From Candidatus Omnitrophota bacterium (GTDB lineage Bacteria; Omnitrophota; Gorgyraeia; 2-02-FULL-51-18): a stretch of DNA of 37,369 nucleotides. Location of the stretch: contig JAHFFI010000003.1 of NCBI GenBank assembly GCA_023248025.1, positions 1-37,369 of the forward strand. Reading direction: 5' to 3'. Positions 17,246 through 27,194 of the stretch are shown piece after piece. Under the pieces are notes generated by a model. That model did no database searches and was not told where the DNA came from. It saw only the letters and a list, made by a program, of their open reading frames with translations. Position numbers and translations under genes: made by a program. How positions within the stretch are numbered: position 1 is the first letter of the stretch; the number at the start of each line of letters is the position of its first letter.

Positions 17246-17952
17246 ACTAAAAGTCCCCCCATCTTTATTAGAAAATATTCTGCCGCAAATAAGAGCATCC
17301 ACCCAAATAATTTTTTTATTCGTTCAAGCCACACACCTGATCTTGGCAAGTTGGACAGAAGCCCGGCGAACGTCCCCAAAAGAATCAGTAAAAATCCCAC
17401 CCCATATCCAAAAACAAACAAAAGCGAAAATCCGTATATAGCATTCTGTTTCGAGCCGACGTAGACAAGAATAACGGCCAGAACAGGCGCCGTGCAGGGG
17501 CCCACGATAAGCCCTGAGATGACGCCGACAACAAAAATATCCACCCAGCTTTTTTTATGCTTAGCCCCCGGTGCCTTGACCAGGGAAAACTGCGGGATCT
17601 GAAAAACATCCAACATTGAGAGTCCCAAGAATAAGCAAACATTTGCGACGATAAAATAAGAAACAGGGTGTGAGCCAATTTGTCCAAAAAGTTTTCCGGA
17701 AAGCGCTGCAAAAGCGCCCAACACCGCATAGGTCACGGCCATTCCCAGCACATAAATCAGCGAAAGAAAAAAACCCTTCCACCGCCCTCCGGCTGACCGC
17801 GCACCAATGAATCCCAGCGTCAAAGGGATCACAGGATACACACAGGGTGTAAAGCTCACGAGAACGCCGGCAATAAATACCGCGATAAAAGCCAAGACGG
17901 GATTGACCTGAATAATCTGCCCGATATTACCGAGAAGCGCTTCGATGTTCAC
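17242..17952 (-). CDS. ccdA: Cytochrome c biogenesis CcdA / DsbD transmembrane domain
   Basis: SFTPCVYPVIP and GPCTAP motifs. Confidence 0.9.
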   Translation of the reverse strand: MNIEALLGNIGQIIQVNPVLAFIAVFIAGVLVSFTPCVYPVIPLTLGFIGARSAGGRWKGFFLSLIYVLGMAVTYAVLGAFAALSGKLFGQIGSHPVSYFIVANVCLFLGLSMLDVFQIPQFSLVKAPGAKHKKSWVDIFVVGVISGLIVGPCTAPVLAVILVYVGSKQNAIYGFSLLFVFGYGVGFLLILLGTFAGLLSNLPRSGVWLERIKKLFGWMLLFAAEYFLIKMGGLLV

Positions 17953-19021
17953 CGACCTTAACTCCTTTCTTCGCCTGTCCTTTTAGTTTCACGGAGCGCA
18001 GCTGCCCGCAGGCCGCCTGGATATCACGGCCTTTTGAAAATCGCACCGTGGTTTTGATGCCCTGGGTCTGTAAAACCTGCTGGAACTGCACGGTCTCCTG
18101 ATACGTCGGCGCCGCATGATCGAATTCGGGGATCGCATTCATCGGGATAAGGTTCACTTTACAAACCATTCCCCTCAAAAGCTTGGCTAAGTCACCGGCG
18201 TCCTTGGGCCCCGCGTTAACGCCTTTTATGAGAATATATTCGAAGGTAATAGCGCGGCCCGTTTTTTTAATGTAGGCCTTGCAGGCCGTGATGAGAGGTT
18301 TAACTGGGAAAGCTGTGTTGACCGGCATGATAAGTCCGCGCACGCGGTCTGTGGCACCATGCAAAGAGACAGAAAGCTCCGCCTGAATGCCTTCTTCGGC
18401 GAATTTTTGTATTTTGGGAATGATGCCGCAGGTGGATACCGTCATGCGGCGTGCGCCCAGCCCTAATGTTTTGGGTGAATTCAAAATACGTATGGTCTTA
18501 AGAAGCGCCGTATAATTGTCGAACGGTTCTCCGATGCCCATAAACACCACATTTGTGATGCGTTTTGCGGGCGAAAGGTCCCTCGCATGAAGAATCTGTG
18601 CGATGATCTCACCGGCCGTGAGATTGCGGAAAAAACCGTCCTGGCCGCTCGCGCAAAAAGCACAATGGAATTTGCAGCCCACCTGAGATGACACACAAAC
18701 CGTCTCGCGATCTTTGATCGGCATGTACACCGCTTCAACCAGATCATCATTCTTCAATTTTAGAAGGAGCTTCGTGCTTTTATCGTCGTCGGAGCGCTGG
18801 GCTTGAGTGACGGCCGGCATACCGACCAAGAAAGATTCGGATATTTTTTTCTTTAAATCCATGGGCAGATTCGTCATTCTGTCGAATTCGTACACGCCTT
18901 TTCCGTAGATCCAGCCCAACACCTGGTCCGCACGGTACGCCTCAATGCCGGAGCCAGAGAATTTTTTCCGGAGTTCATCCGGCGTCTGGTCAAGAATGTT
19001 GATGATAGTTTGCATTGTCAT
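17927..19021 (-). CDS. rlmN: 23S rRNA m2A2503 methyltransferase (radical SAM)
   Basis: CVSSQVGCKFHCAFC, MGIGEP, EYIL, NLIP, AACGQL. Confidence 0.94.
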   Translation of the reverse strand: MTMQTIINILDQTPDELRKKFSGSGIEAYRADQVLGWIYGKGVYEFDRMTNLPMDLKKKISESFLVGMPAVTQAQRSDDDKSTKLLLKLKNDDLVEAVYMPIKDRETVCVSSQVGCKFHCAFCASGQDGFFRNLTAGEIIAQILHARDLSPAKRITNVVFMGIGEPFDNYTALLKTIRILNSPKTLGLGARRMTVSTCGIIPKIQKFAEEGIQAELSVSLHGATDRVRGLIMPVNTAFPVKPLITACKAYIKKTGRAITFEYILIKGVNAGPKDAGDLAKLLRGMVCKVNLIPMNAIPEFDHAAPTYQETVQFQQVLQTQGIKTTVRFSKGRDIQAACGQLRSVKLKGQAKKGVKVGEHRSASR

Positions 19022-19640
19022 ATTTTTTTGTTCCGATCAGATGCGATGAATCGTTGATCGTTTTGAGCCGTACTCGCCGCCCTTTGAATTCAACAACCGT
19101 GAGACTCGTATTCTCAATATCCAGACTCAAAAGTAAGTGATCAAACTCTGTTTTTAGCCATTCGGCCAGAAGTGCCGTGAGCACTCCTCCATGAGTGACA
19201 ATAACCACGGTCTTATCCGGGTTACTTTTTGCAATGCGTGCCACGCATCCCGTCACTCGTTTTCGAAAAATACTTATTTTTTCCGAATTCGGGATACGCA
19301 CCGAGGACGGTTTTTTAAGCCACTTCTTGTAGCCTTTATTGTACAGCTTGTCCACCTCTGCGGGTGTTTTACCTTCCCATTCCCCCAGGTGGATCTCTCT
19401 CAAATCGGCGTCCCGGATGACCCGGATGCGGTGATGACCTGCGATTGCGCGCGTCGTGGCATAGGCGCGTCCGAGATCACTCGAATAAATTTTATGGAGC
19501 TTATATTTTTTCAAACGCCTGGCCAAACACTCAGCCTGATAACATCCTTTGGCCGTTAGCCCCGAATCCCAATGTCCCTGAATACGACGCTCGGCGTTGA
19601 GCGCCGACTCCGCATGGCGGATAATAATAAGTCTTGTCAC
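18990..19640 (-). CDS. Histidine phosphatase (phosphoglycerate mutase) family
   Basis: RHAES (RHG variant), SSDLGRA, LREIHLGEWEG, VTHGG. Confidence 0.88.
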   Translation of the reverse strand: MTRLIIIRHAESALNAERRIQGHWDSGLTAKGCYQAECLARRLKKYKLHKIYSSDLGRAYATTRAIAGHHRIRVIRDADLREIHLGEWEGKTPAEVDKLYNKGYKKWLKKPSSVRIPNSEKISIFRKRVTGCVARIAKSNPDKTVVIVTHGGVLTALLAEWLKTEFDHLLLSLDIENTSLTVVEFKGRRVRLKTINDSSHLIGTKKYDNANYHQHS

Positions 19641-19641
19641 T

Positions 19642-20154
19642 TCAGCCTAAAAATTTTTTATACTCTTTAGCCAATTTCACGTAGCTTTTTGCATGCGGAA
19701 TAAATTGAGATATCTCGTTGGGCGTCAGCCTTCTGACTACTTTTCCCGGGACACCCAAAACAAGCGACCCATCGGGTATCCGGGCATTTTCACGCACCAA
19801 AGCGCCGGCACCGATGAGACAATTTTTTCCGATGCGCGCGCCGCTTAAAATAAGCGCGCCGATGCCTATCAAACAATTGTTCCCGATAAAACAGCCGTGC
19901 ACATTGGCCTGATGCCCGATGATAACGTTCTTTCCGACGGCACAGGGTTTGTCGTGGTCTACATGCAACACCGAACCATCCTGGATATTGCTGCCACTCC
20001 CCACTTTTATCGTGTTGATATCACCGCGCAGCACTACCCCAAACCAGACACTCACGTTTTCACCGAGCGTCACCTTGCCTATCACGTGGGCACCGGGAGC
20101 CACAAAGGCGGATGAATGGATTTGGGGGGTTTTATTCCTAAAGGGAAGTATCAT
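19642..20154 (-). CDS. Gamma carbonic anhydrase family protein
   Basis: Hexapeptide repeats, LRGD, NIQD, His ligands LH...GH...HGC. Confidence 0.93.
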   Translation of the reverse strand: MILPFRNKTPQIHSSAFVAPGAHVIGKVTLGENVSVWFGVVLRGDINTIKVGSGSNIQDGSVLHVDHDKPCAVGKNVIIGHQANVHGCFIGNNCLIGIGALILSGARIGKNCLIGAGALVRENARIPDGSLVLGVPGKVVRRLTPNEISQFIPHAKSYVKLAKEYKKFLG

Positions 20155-20160
20155 AGGAGA

Positions 20161-21957
20161 TTATTGTATCATAATTGCGGCTACCTTCGTTCTGTCCTCA
20201 CGGCTGCGACTATCCATAACCTTCAATTGATAATTAAAAGTATCAGGAAGATCTTTAATATATAGAGAGTACTCATAAGGGATGGGGCTTGGCAGCTCTA
20301 TGGTTTCGAAGGGTTTCAGGTAGTTATCGTAGAGAATGATTTCGGCTTTCTTAATAAATAAAGAGTAGTTGGTGTGGATGGTGAATGTGAGCTTATCTTT
20401 ATCTTGGGTAGCATCTATAGAGAGTTTAGGTTTAAGAAGTAGAGGGTCTTGGAAAATAGAAGCTTTGAGTAAGGGTGCATTATGGACCTGATCAACGCCG
20501 TCGCCCGTCAGACGTACACCAAAAGATACCTTAGAGAGAATACCTTCTGTGATGGTGATTTTTCTCGGGGATTCGGTTGTGATGCTAGAGCCTTCGGGAA
20601 GCGTTGATTCATCTATTTTTAGTACTCTTTGGCCTGTTTCGATGTAAGGGAAGTGGTATTTGCCATCGCTATCGGTGATAGCGTAGATGCCTGAATCACT
20701 GGCTACTTTAACCCCCTCCATTCCTTTTTCACCGCCATCTTGTTCTCCGTTACCGTTCTTGTCTTCAAAAACCTTCCCCACCAGAGACTTTCCCTGGGTG
20801 AATTGGGGACCTAATTCTATACCGCTTTCGCCAGAGAGGTTGAAGATGAGAATACGGCGATTGGTGGTATCACCAACAAAAAGCTGCTTTCCGTTAAAAG
20901 TAACTGAACTCGCAGCACATTGCCTTTGTGAAACGCCAGCATCCTTTAAATGAAAATCAGATTGACCAATAACAAAATCGGCTGGTTGACCATTTTTTGT
21001 TGGAACGCTCTTCCAAATCAGCACTCTATTATTGTTCTGATCGGCAATAAATAAGCTTTTACCATCTGAAATAAGATCTTGCGGTGAATCCATTGATCGT
21101 GCGCTAACCCCTCCGTTATTACTATTGTTAGAAATAAAATCGGGTTGACCCAACACTACGTCTGCAGGCTCAAAGTTTGTTGTTGGAATCTTGTTCCATA
21201 TCAGAACTCGATTATTCGATGAATCCGCAACATAAAAACGACCGCCGGCACAAACGGCTTTTTCAGGAGACGATAGCGTTCTTGCACTGATACCTCCATT
21301 ATTTGCGGTTGAGGACGTAAAATTTGGCTGACCGATCACAAAATCGCCCGGAGCATTATTCGTAGTAGGAATTGTATTCCAGGCCAAGATAACATTGTGA
21401 TTACGATTGACTGAAAATAACTTCTCGCTGCACGTCGCAATTCCCCGAATGCCATTGGTAGATCGTTGTGTTGGGGGATTTATATTGGTACTTGATGTGA
21501 AGTTGGCTTGCCCCAAAACAACATCGGCCAACGTCCCATTTGTCGTCGGAATGGACCTCCAAATCAAAAGACGGCGACCTCCATTATCAGCAACAAATAA
21601 GCTTTTGCCGTCGGATATAACTCCCAATGGTTGGGAAATATTTTTTTGAGTGACCGAACCGCCAGAGTCGGTAAAAAGATCCTGCCCAACCACAACATCC
21701 GCCGGCCCGCGATTCACTTTTGGAACACTATTCCATATTAGAATGCGCCGATTTGTTGAATCGGCAACAAAAAAACGGTTACCAACCGCAGACATTGCGC
21801 GAGGATTAAATTGAAATTGATTTGCGGCTATAGCATCGGTGTCACTAAAACTGTTTTGCCCCAACACTACGTCTGCATCCATGCCATTCTGTAACTTGGC
21901 CTGGGCAAGGCTTGAGATAAGTAAAAATATAAAAATAAGGGGTAGCTTACGAGACAT
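20161..21957 (-). CDS. Secreted NHL-repeat beta-propeller protein with SdrD-B-like domain and C-terminal beta domain
   Basis: Signal peptide; six repeats of (A/G)D(V/F)V(L/V/I)GQxxF...R(I/V)LIW; GKVFEDKNGNGEQDGGEKG...ITDSDGKYHF...TLPEG. Confidence 0.85.
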   Translation of the reverse strand: MSRKLPLIFIFLLISSLAQAKLQNGMDADVVLGQNSFSDTDAIAANQFQFNPRAMSAVGNRFFVADSTNRRILIWNSVPKVNRGPADVVVGQDLFTDSGGSVTQKNISQPLGVISDGKSLFVADNGGRRLLIWRSIPTTNGTLADVVLGQANFTSSTNINPPTQRSTNGIRGIATCSEKLFSVNRNHNVILAWNTIPTTNNAPGDFVIGQPNFTSSTANNGGISARTLSSPEKAVCAGGRFYVADSSNNRVLIWNKIPTTNFEPADVVLGQPDFISNNSNNGGVSARSMDSPQDLISDGKSLFIADQNNNRVLIWKSVPTKNGQPADFVIGQSDFHLKDAGVSQRQCAASSVTFNGKQLFVGDTTNRRILIFNLSGESGIELGPQFTQGKSLVGKVFEDKNGNGEQDGGEKGMEGVKVASDSGIYAITDSDGKYHFPYIETGQRVLKIDESTLPEGSSITTESPRKITITEGILSKVSFGVRLTGDGVDQVHNAPLLKASIFQDPLLLKPKLSIDATQDKDKLTFTIHTNYSLFIKKAEIILYDNYLKPFETIELPSPIPYEYSLYIKDLPDTFNYQLKVMDSRSREDRTKVAAIMIQ

Positions 21958-21978
21958 GTTTCATGCAAAAATATTTTT

Positions 21979-24900
21979 TCAATATTTTCCCTGAAGCCGG
22001 ACAAAAAAGCCCTCTGCTTTTTTCTTTTCGAGTACAGTCAGATCGTCCTTGAAAGAGGTAAAGTTGTAGCCTGTACCGAGTGCGATGTTTTTATGAATCT
22101 GGTAAGTGAGTTCGAATAAAGGGCCATATTCCAAGGTGTTGATGTCACTCCCATTCTGTCTTAAGGAACGAAATTCGGTCGCGATGTCCATAACATTCGT
22201 AAGATGGTAATTGAGGCGATACACCGCGAGATAGGCCTTAAGGGATTGCGGCGTTTCGATAATATTATTCACAGCCACTGCAATCAAATCTTGATCGCGA
22301 TAGACAAATTTATTCACGAACTGGAAATGCGTCAATACCCAAGGCAGATCGTAGGCAAACTCCGTAGCAAACTCATTATAGGAAGATTTTTGAGTAAAAA
22401 AACCACCATCGGCGCTAACAATGTCGCGTGGTCTGTCGTCCTGTAAGTGCGTCCAGCGACCAAGCCAGTTGAACCAATCAAAATCCACCGGACGGAAGGC
22501 GACGCCCACCTGCCTTTTTTCGATACGTGAGGTTGAAATATCGCGTGTGATGTCTTTTCCCTGAGAATATTCGTACTCGCCAAATAAAAACCAGTCTTGA
22601 GACGCCTTCCACTCGGCTTGGCTATCCGATAAACTCTGCCAGTCATCTCCCGTATCAACTCGGTATTCAAATTTCGTATTCGCCTTCAGATGATCCGGTT
22701 TCACATAGGCAACCGTCGTAGACAACGCATCCTTTGGTGTGGAACCACGCAGGCTTGAATCAAGAGCCTCTTCTCTTCTTTCATACGTTGCATCCACATC
22801 CCATTCGGGTGAAAACTGATTCTTTAAAGCCGTAAGATCGGAGGTGTATATGCCGCGTGTGTCACTGGTCACGAGTTGACGTTCACGCCTAAGTTCTGCG
22901 GTTTTTGAAATCTTAGTATTGGAACCAAACACTGTGGCCGATGTGGCCCCGTCGACGGCACTATCCGATTTAATAATATTGACATAATTGGAAGTCCATG
23001 CGTCTTCCTGTCTCGATACACCTGCTAAAACAGAATTTCTATCCTGGCCGAGTGAGCCTCTCAGATAACCCAATAGGTCGCTTGTAATCTGCTGTGTAAT
23101 ACCGGCAGACGAAATATTATCAGCAGAATCGCTTAGCCCCGACTGCTGGCTCACAAATAAAGTCGTCGCATCCGAAAGATGATAATCCACTTTTTCAGCT
23201 ACGACGTGTCCAACCGTATCCGTGCCATTCACATCCGATATCGCAGTCACAGCTGTTTTTTTGCCTTGAGCTCTATATTCCGTAGTAAAAATAAATTTTT
23301 TCCAGTCGTGTACCCATTGACCGATGAAATTTTGCTCACGCGCAGCCCCGAGATCATTAATCACATTTGAATTGGGCGTGCCAATCCCTTTGTCAATAGC
23401 TCCGTCTTCGTACATAAAACGCAATTTGTCGGAGGGAGTCAATTGATGAGCCACTTCAAGACCGTATTTCTCGGAGCCGGATTCAAACAGGGTATCGGAT
23501 GGTGAAAAATTCCGTCCAATCGCGCGCCAATATCCGGAAACATCAAGAAATTCTTTATCCTTCCCAAAAAATTCCCCGATATTGGAATTAAAATCAAGAC
23601 GAATTGCATTTCCTTTGGTGCCGTTGGCTACAGCCACTTCCGTGTAATCATAACCGCCATTATAAGAAATAAAGGAGCTCGCGCTATCGGCGCGAGTCTC
23701 GGCCCATTCGGCATTCACTTTTGTGAAATTACCCAGTTTCCACGTCACGTCTCCTCCCAACATCACATGGTTTTTATTGTCCTTTTCTTCCTGAACATAA
23801 GTACCGCCCACACGAATATTATCCGTGATTTGCTGCGAGCCTCTCACACCACCTGATGCATCGTCTAAATCTTCGCCTAATATCGGGAACGCGTCCTGAC
23901 CGGTATATTCATAATTCGCCACAACAAAGACATCATTGCCTTCAAGAACGGTGTCGGAAATAACGGTGTCTGAGAAAAATACCGACGAAACAGGTTTTTT
24001 AAACAGAACGCGTCCTTCATCGTATTTAATTTCATAATCCACGTTTTCTTTTTGTGGTATAGATGATATGGTAAGACCCGTATTCTTGTCGCGCACATCC
24101 AAATGAATGTCTTCACTGCCTTCCACGATATTGCGGTGCCGCATATAATAAAGAGACCCGCCCGTGCCCAGAAGCTCGCTATGACCCTTTAATTGATTGG
24201 CCTCCGCAATGAAACCGGTGGCTTTCGTCACCGAGTCACCATAAACAGTGCGGGCCGGTGTCTCAAGATGGAGCTTGGCACCGTAAAGTGTACGGTTATA
24301 AGTGGTAAGTTTTGAATCGTCATCACCAATCTGGGTTTGGTAATTGCCTAAAACCAAGCCGGACTTATCCCATTCAATGAGAAGATAAAATTTTCCTTGA
24401 GAGTGCGCATCATAAACAACCGTCGAGTCATCTCCATAGACAGGATAATATTTATCCGGATCAATATTGGTGAAGAGCTTCTTTTGGGTTGCTTTGTCCG
24501 TGTCCAGAGAGGATTTAATTAAAAATTTTCCCTGAATTTTCCCCGTCAAATAATAGGATACCTTTCCATCCATACGTGTGCCGTCTTTAAAACGCGAATT
24601 ATCACGCTTTAAGTTGAAGCCGTCCGACGCGTCTACAAAATTAAGCGTACCGTCCGCTATGCCTGCCAGAAAAAAGTGGTTTGCTTTGGCATCAATCGTT
24701 TTCGCGTAGCGATTCGACCGCCCATCGGGATCCTTCACCTCAATGGCTATTTCCGTCTGGCCCAAAGGCACAATCACTTCCTCGTAAAATGTTCCGTCTT
24801 TTTGTATGGGCGTCTGGCGACCATTGATAAAACATTGATTGGCTTGCGCGGTCAGTCCTTTGATAATGACCGTACTTCCCATGATCGGTATCGACTGACT

Positions 24901-25002
24901 TTCGCCTGGTAAGGGTTGAGGAATAGAGAACGCCTGAGTAGACTGCACAAATGAACACGATAAATAAACCGTAATCAATACAGACGTAATGAATGTCTTC
25001 AA
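21979..25002 (-). CDS. Very large outer-membrane beta-barrel protein with N-terminal Ig-like domain (unknown function)
   Basis: Signal peptide, Ig-like N-terminus, IDPDKYYPVYGDDS motif, DYEIKYDEGRVLF, long run of amphipathic beta strands, BAM-type C-terminus FFVRLQGKY. Confidence 0.8.
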   Translation of the reverse strand: MKTFITSVLITVYLSCSFVQSTQAFSIPQPLPGESQSIPIMGSTVIIKGLTAQANQCFINGRQTPIQKDGTFYEEVIVPLGQTEIAIEVKDPDGRSNRYAKTIDAKANHFFLAGIADGTLNFVDASDGFNLKRDNSRFKDGTRMDGKVSYYLTGKIQGKFLIKSSLDTDKATQKKLFTNIDPDKYYPVYGDDSTVVYDAHSQGKFYLLIEWDKSGLVLGNYQTQIGDDDSKLTTYNRTLYGAKLHLETPARTVYGDSVTKATGFIAEANQLKGHSELLGTGGSLYYMRHRNIVEGSEDIHLDVRDKNTGLTISSIPQKENVDYEIKYDEGRVLFKKPVSSVFFSDTVISDTVLEGNDVFVVANYEYTGQDAFPILGEDLDDASGGVRGSQQITDNIRVGGTYVQEEKDNKNHVMLGGDVTWKLGNFTKVNAEWAETRADSASSFISYNGGYDYTEVAVANGTKGNAIRLDFNSNIGEFFGKDKEFLDVSGYWRAIGRNFSPSDTLFESGSEKYGLEVAHQLTPSDKLRFMYEDGAIDKGIGTPNSNVINDLGAAREQNFIGQWVHDWKKFIFTTEYRAQGKKTAVTAISDVNGTDTVGHVVAEKVDYHLSDATTLFVSQQSGLSDSADNISSAGITQQITSDLLGYLRGSLGQDRNSVLAGVSRQEDAWTSNYVNIIKSDSAVDGATSATVFGSNTKISKTAELRRERQLVTSDTRGIYTSDLTALKNQFSPEWDVDATYERREEALDSSLRGSTPKDALSTTVAYVKPDHLKANTKFEYRVDTGDDWQSLSDSQAEWKASQDWFLFGEYEYSQGKDITRDISTSRIEKRQVGVAFRPVDFDWFNWLGRWTHLQDDRPRDIVSADGGFFTQKSSYNEFATEFAYDLPWVLTHFQFVNKFVYRDQDLIAVAVNNIIETPQSLKAYLAVYRLNYHLTNVMDIATEFRSLRQNGSDINTLEYGPLFELTYQIHKNIALGTGYNFTSFKDDLTVLEKKKAEGFFVRLQGKY

Positions 25003-25997
25003 GTTTGCACTTCCTCTATCTCACCGACGATCTCCTCTATCAGGTCTTCCAAAGTCACGAGCCCCACTGATTTCTGGGTCTTCGGGTCCTGCACAATAGC
25101 GATCTGCACTTTTTTTCTCTGGAATTCTTTCAGAAGTTCCGCCACATGCTGGGTGGGCTGAACAAAAAATGGCGCGCTCATGAGATCTTCCAGATGGATC
25201 AACGTTCCACCCTTTATTAAGTAAAGCAAATCACGAACGTAGATGATGCCGATAATATTGGCCGCATCTCCCTGATAAACAGGAATGCGATTGTGTCCTT
25301 CTTCCAGAAGTACGCGCTCTATTTCGTCCTGACCCATTTCGAGCGTCACGCCCGTCACTTTGTCTATAGGCGTCATGACATCCCGCACCTGAATCTCGTC
25401 AAAATGAAATATTCTCTCCAGCATCTTTCTCTCATTGTCGCCGTAAAAACCTTCCTCCTTACCGATCTGTATCATCATCTTGATCTCTTCTTCAGTCACA
25501 AGCGGTGAACGATGATGCGGGTTACCGCCAAAAAGCCGTATGACGGCATGACTTGCGGCCGTAAACAGATTGGTGACGGGGCGGAATATGAATATGCAAA
25601 AAGACATGAAGTGCCTCGTCCAAAATGAAACAACCTCGGGGTGGTTCGTTGCTATGATTTTGGGTGTGAGCTCTGCGAATAAAACCAATAATACAGTCAC
25701 AAGCAGCGTCGAGACCACGAGCCCTCTCCCGGCACCGATGTACTGGGTGAGTATATAGGTGGTGATCGAAGCGATGCCTGTGTTGACAAGGCTATTTCCT
25801 AAAAGGATGGTGGCGATGAGTTTATCCATTCGAGCGATGAGACCATACACTCGTCTCGCCCCTTTCTTCTTTTGCTCGACCATATGGCGCAAACGCACTT
25901 TATTGAGTGCAATGAGCGCCGCTTCGGCAGCTGAAAAGAAGGCCGAAAACAGGAAGAAAATGACGAGAATAGGTATAAGTGTTGATATTGACAGCAT
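24999..25997 (-). CDS. CNNM (DUF21)-CBS membrane protein, HlyC/CorC family
   Basis: FFSAAEAA, ILLGN, FAELTPK, CBS pair, GLVTLEDLIEEIVGEI. No C-terminal CorC_HlyC domain. Confidence 0.9.
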   Translation of the reverse strand: MLSISTLIPILVIFFLFSAFFSAAEAALIALNKVRLRHMVEQKKKGARRVYGLIARMDKLIATILLGNSLVNTGIASITTYILTQYIGAGRGLVVSTLLVTVLLVLFAELTPKIIATNHPEVVSFWTRHFMSFCIFIFRPVTNLFTAASHAVIRLFGGNPHHRSPLVTEEEIKMMIQIGKEEGFYGDNERKMLERIFHFDEIQVRDVMTPIDKVTGVTLEMGQDEIERVLLEEGHNRIPVYQGDAANIIGIIYVRDLLYLIKGGTLIHLEDLMSAPFFVQPTQHVAELLKEFQRKKVQIAIVQDPKTQKSVGLVTLEDLIEEIVGEIEEVQT

Positions 25998-26034
25998 TTT
26001 TTCATACTAACTTAAATGTTATAAAAATACAATC

Positions 26035-26063
26035 TTGCATATTTTTAGTCATTAATATATAAT
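26035..26063 (+). promoter_or_regulatory. Sigma70 promoter, probably leaderless dsbA transcript
   Basis: TTGCAT-N17-TATAAT ending 7 nt before GTG 26071. No SD. Confidence 0.7.
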
Positions 26064-26070
26064 TATTCGT

Positions 26071-26712
26071 GTGAGTAAAATTTTAAAACATCGTTTGGCC
26101 GGAATTATCATCGTGTTCGCGTGCCTGGCGGCAGTAGCCGGCACTCGTCTCAGCCGGCATGTAGGTTCAGCCGTTTCTGCCGACCCCGCCAAGACTGAAG
26201 GCCCTGAAAATGCGCCGGTCACCATCGTTGTTTTCAGCGATTTTCAGTGTCCGTATTGTTCGCGATTCGCCCCCATCTTGAAGAAAGTACATGAAGAATT
26301 CCCGAACGATGTGAAAATTATTTTTAAACATTTTCCGCTTAAGATGCATCCTTTGGCCATACCTGCCGCAGAAGCCGCCGAGTGCGCCGGTGATCAAGGC
26401 AAGTTTTGGGCTTATCACGATATGCTTTTTGAAAAGAATGACGCTTGGGGGGAGCTTGAGCCTAAGAATGTCGCGCCCGCTTTAAAGGGTTTCGCCAAAG
26501 ATCTTGGCCTGGATACCGCCAGATTCAATGCCTGTCTGGATAAAGGCGAAAAAAAGCAGCTCATCTCGGCCAATAAGCTTGAAGGCAAAAAATTCATGGT
26601 AAGCGGCACGCCGACAGCGGTGCTCAATTTCAAAAAATACATCGTGAGTCTCGATGAAGAGGGTATCAGGAAAACCATACAGGAAGAGCTCAAGAAAGCG
26701 AATAAAAAATGA
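26071..26712 (+). CDS. DsbA-family thioredoxin-fold protein
   Basis: N-terminal anchor, FSDFQCPYC, HFPL, QGKFW, GTP cis-Pro. Confidence 0.92.
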   Translation: MSKILKHRLAGIIIVFACLAAVAGTRLSRHVGSAVSADPAKTEGPENAPVTIVVFSDFQCPYCSRFAPILKKVHEEFPNDVKIIFKHFPLKMHPLAIPAAEAAECAGDQGKFWAYHDMLFEKNDAWGELEPKNVAPALKGFAKDLGLDTARFNACLDKGEKKQLISANKLEGKKFMVSGTPTAVLNFKKYIVSLDEEGIRKTIQEELKKANKK

Positions 26713-27161
26713 AAATTCTCTGGGAATATTTTTTACTCACGCTGCGTTTTATGGCCGGCCTTCTTTTTATCTATTCGGGCTTTCTTAAGTTGATCCAACC
26801 CGTCGAATACTTTCAATTCGCGATGGGCCTATATCAGTTCGTTCCGGAAAATCTGATACCGTTCTTCGCCTTGATCATTCCCTGGCTTGAGCTGATCACC
26901 GGCGCCTTTCTTTTTCTGGGGTATCTCTCGAAGCCATCCTCTTTTGTGCTGCTCTGCCTCACGGTGCTATTCCAGATCGTCATCGGACAGGCCGTTTTCC
27001 GCGGTCTTCCCATCGAAGAATGCGGCTGTTTCGGCGGACTCATCCATTTCTCGCCTTGCCAAACATATATTTTTGATTCGGTGGTTTTGCTCGTTCTATT
27101 GGCGCTCACCCTATCACCCCGCAATTCCTTTTCTCTGGACTCCATTATTCTCGAAAACTAA
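26709..27161 (+). CDS. MauE/DoxX-family redox membrane protein
   Basis: LFIYSGFLK, PWLE, CGCFG. Confidence 0.88.
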   Translation: MKILWEYFLLTLRFMAGLLFIYSGFLKLIQPVEYFQFAMGLYQFVPENLIPFFALIIPWLELITGAFLFLGYLSKPSSFVLLCLTVLFQIVIGQAVFRGLPIEECGCFGGLIHFSPCQTYIFDSVVLLVLLALTLSPRNSFSLDSIILEN

Positions 27162-27194
27162 GCCAACCCTATTCCGGGCGGATTAAGGCGTTGG

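Noticed and set aside
21979-25002. TonB-dependent receptor, autotransporter or TpsB call for the large barrel
   Set aside because: I see no recognisable TonB box/plug, POTRA or 12-strand autotransporter signature, so it is left as an unknown barrel.
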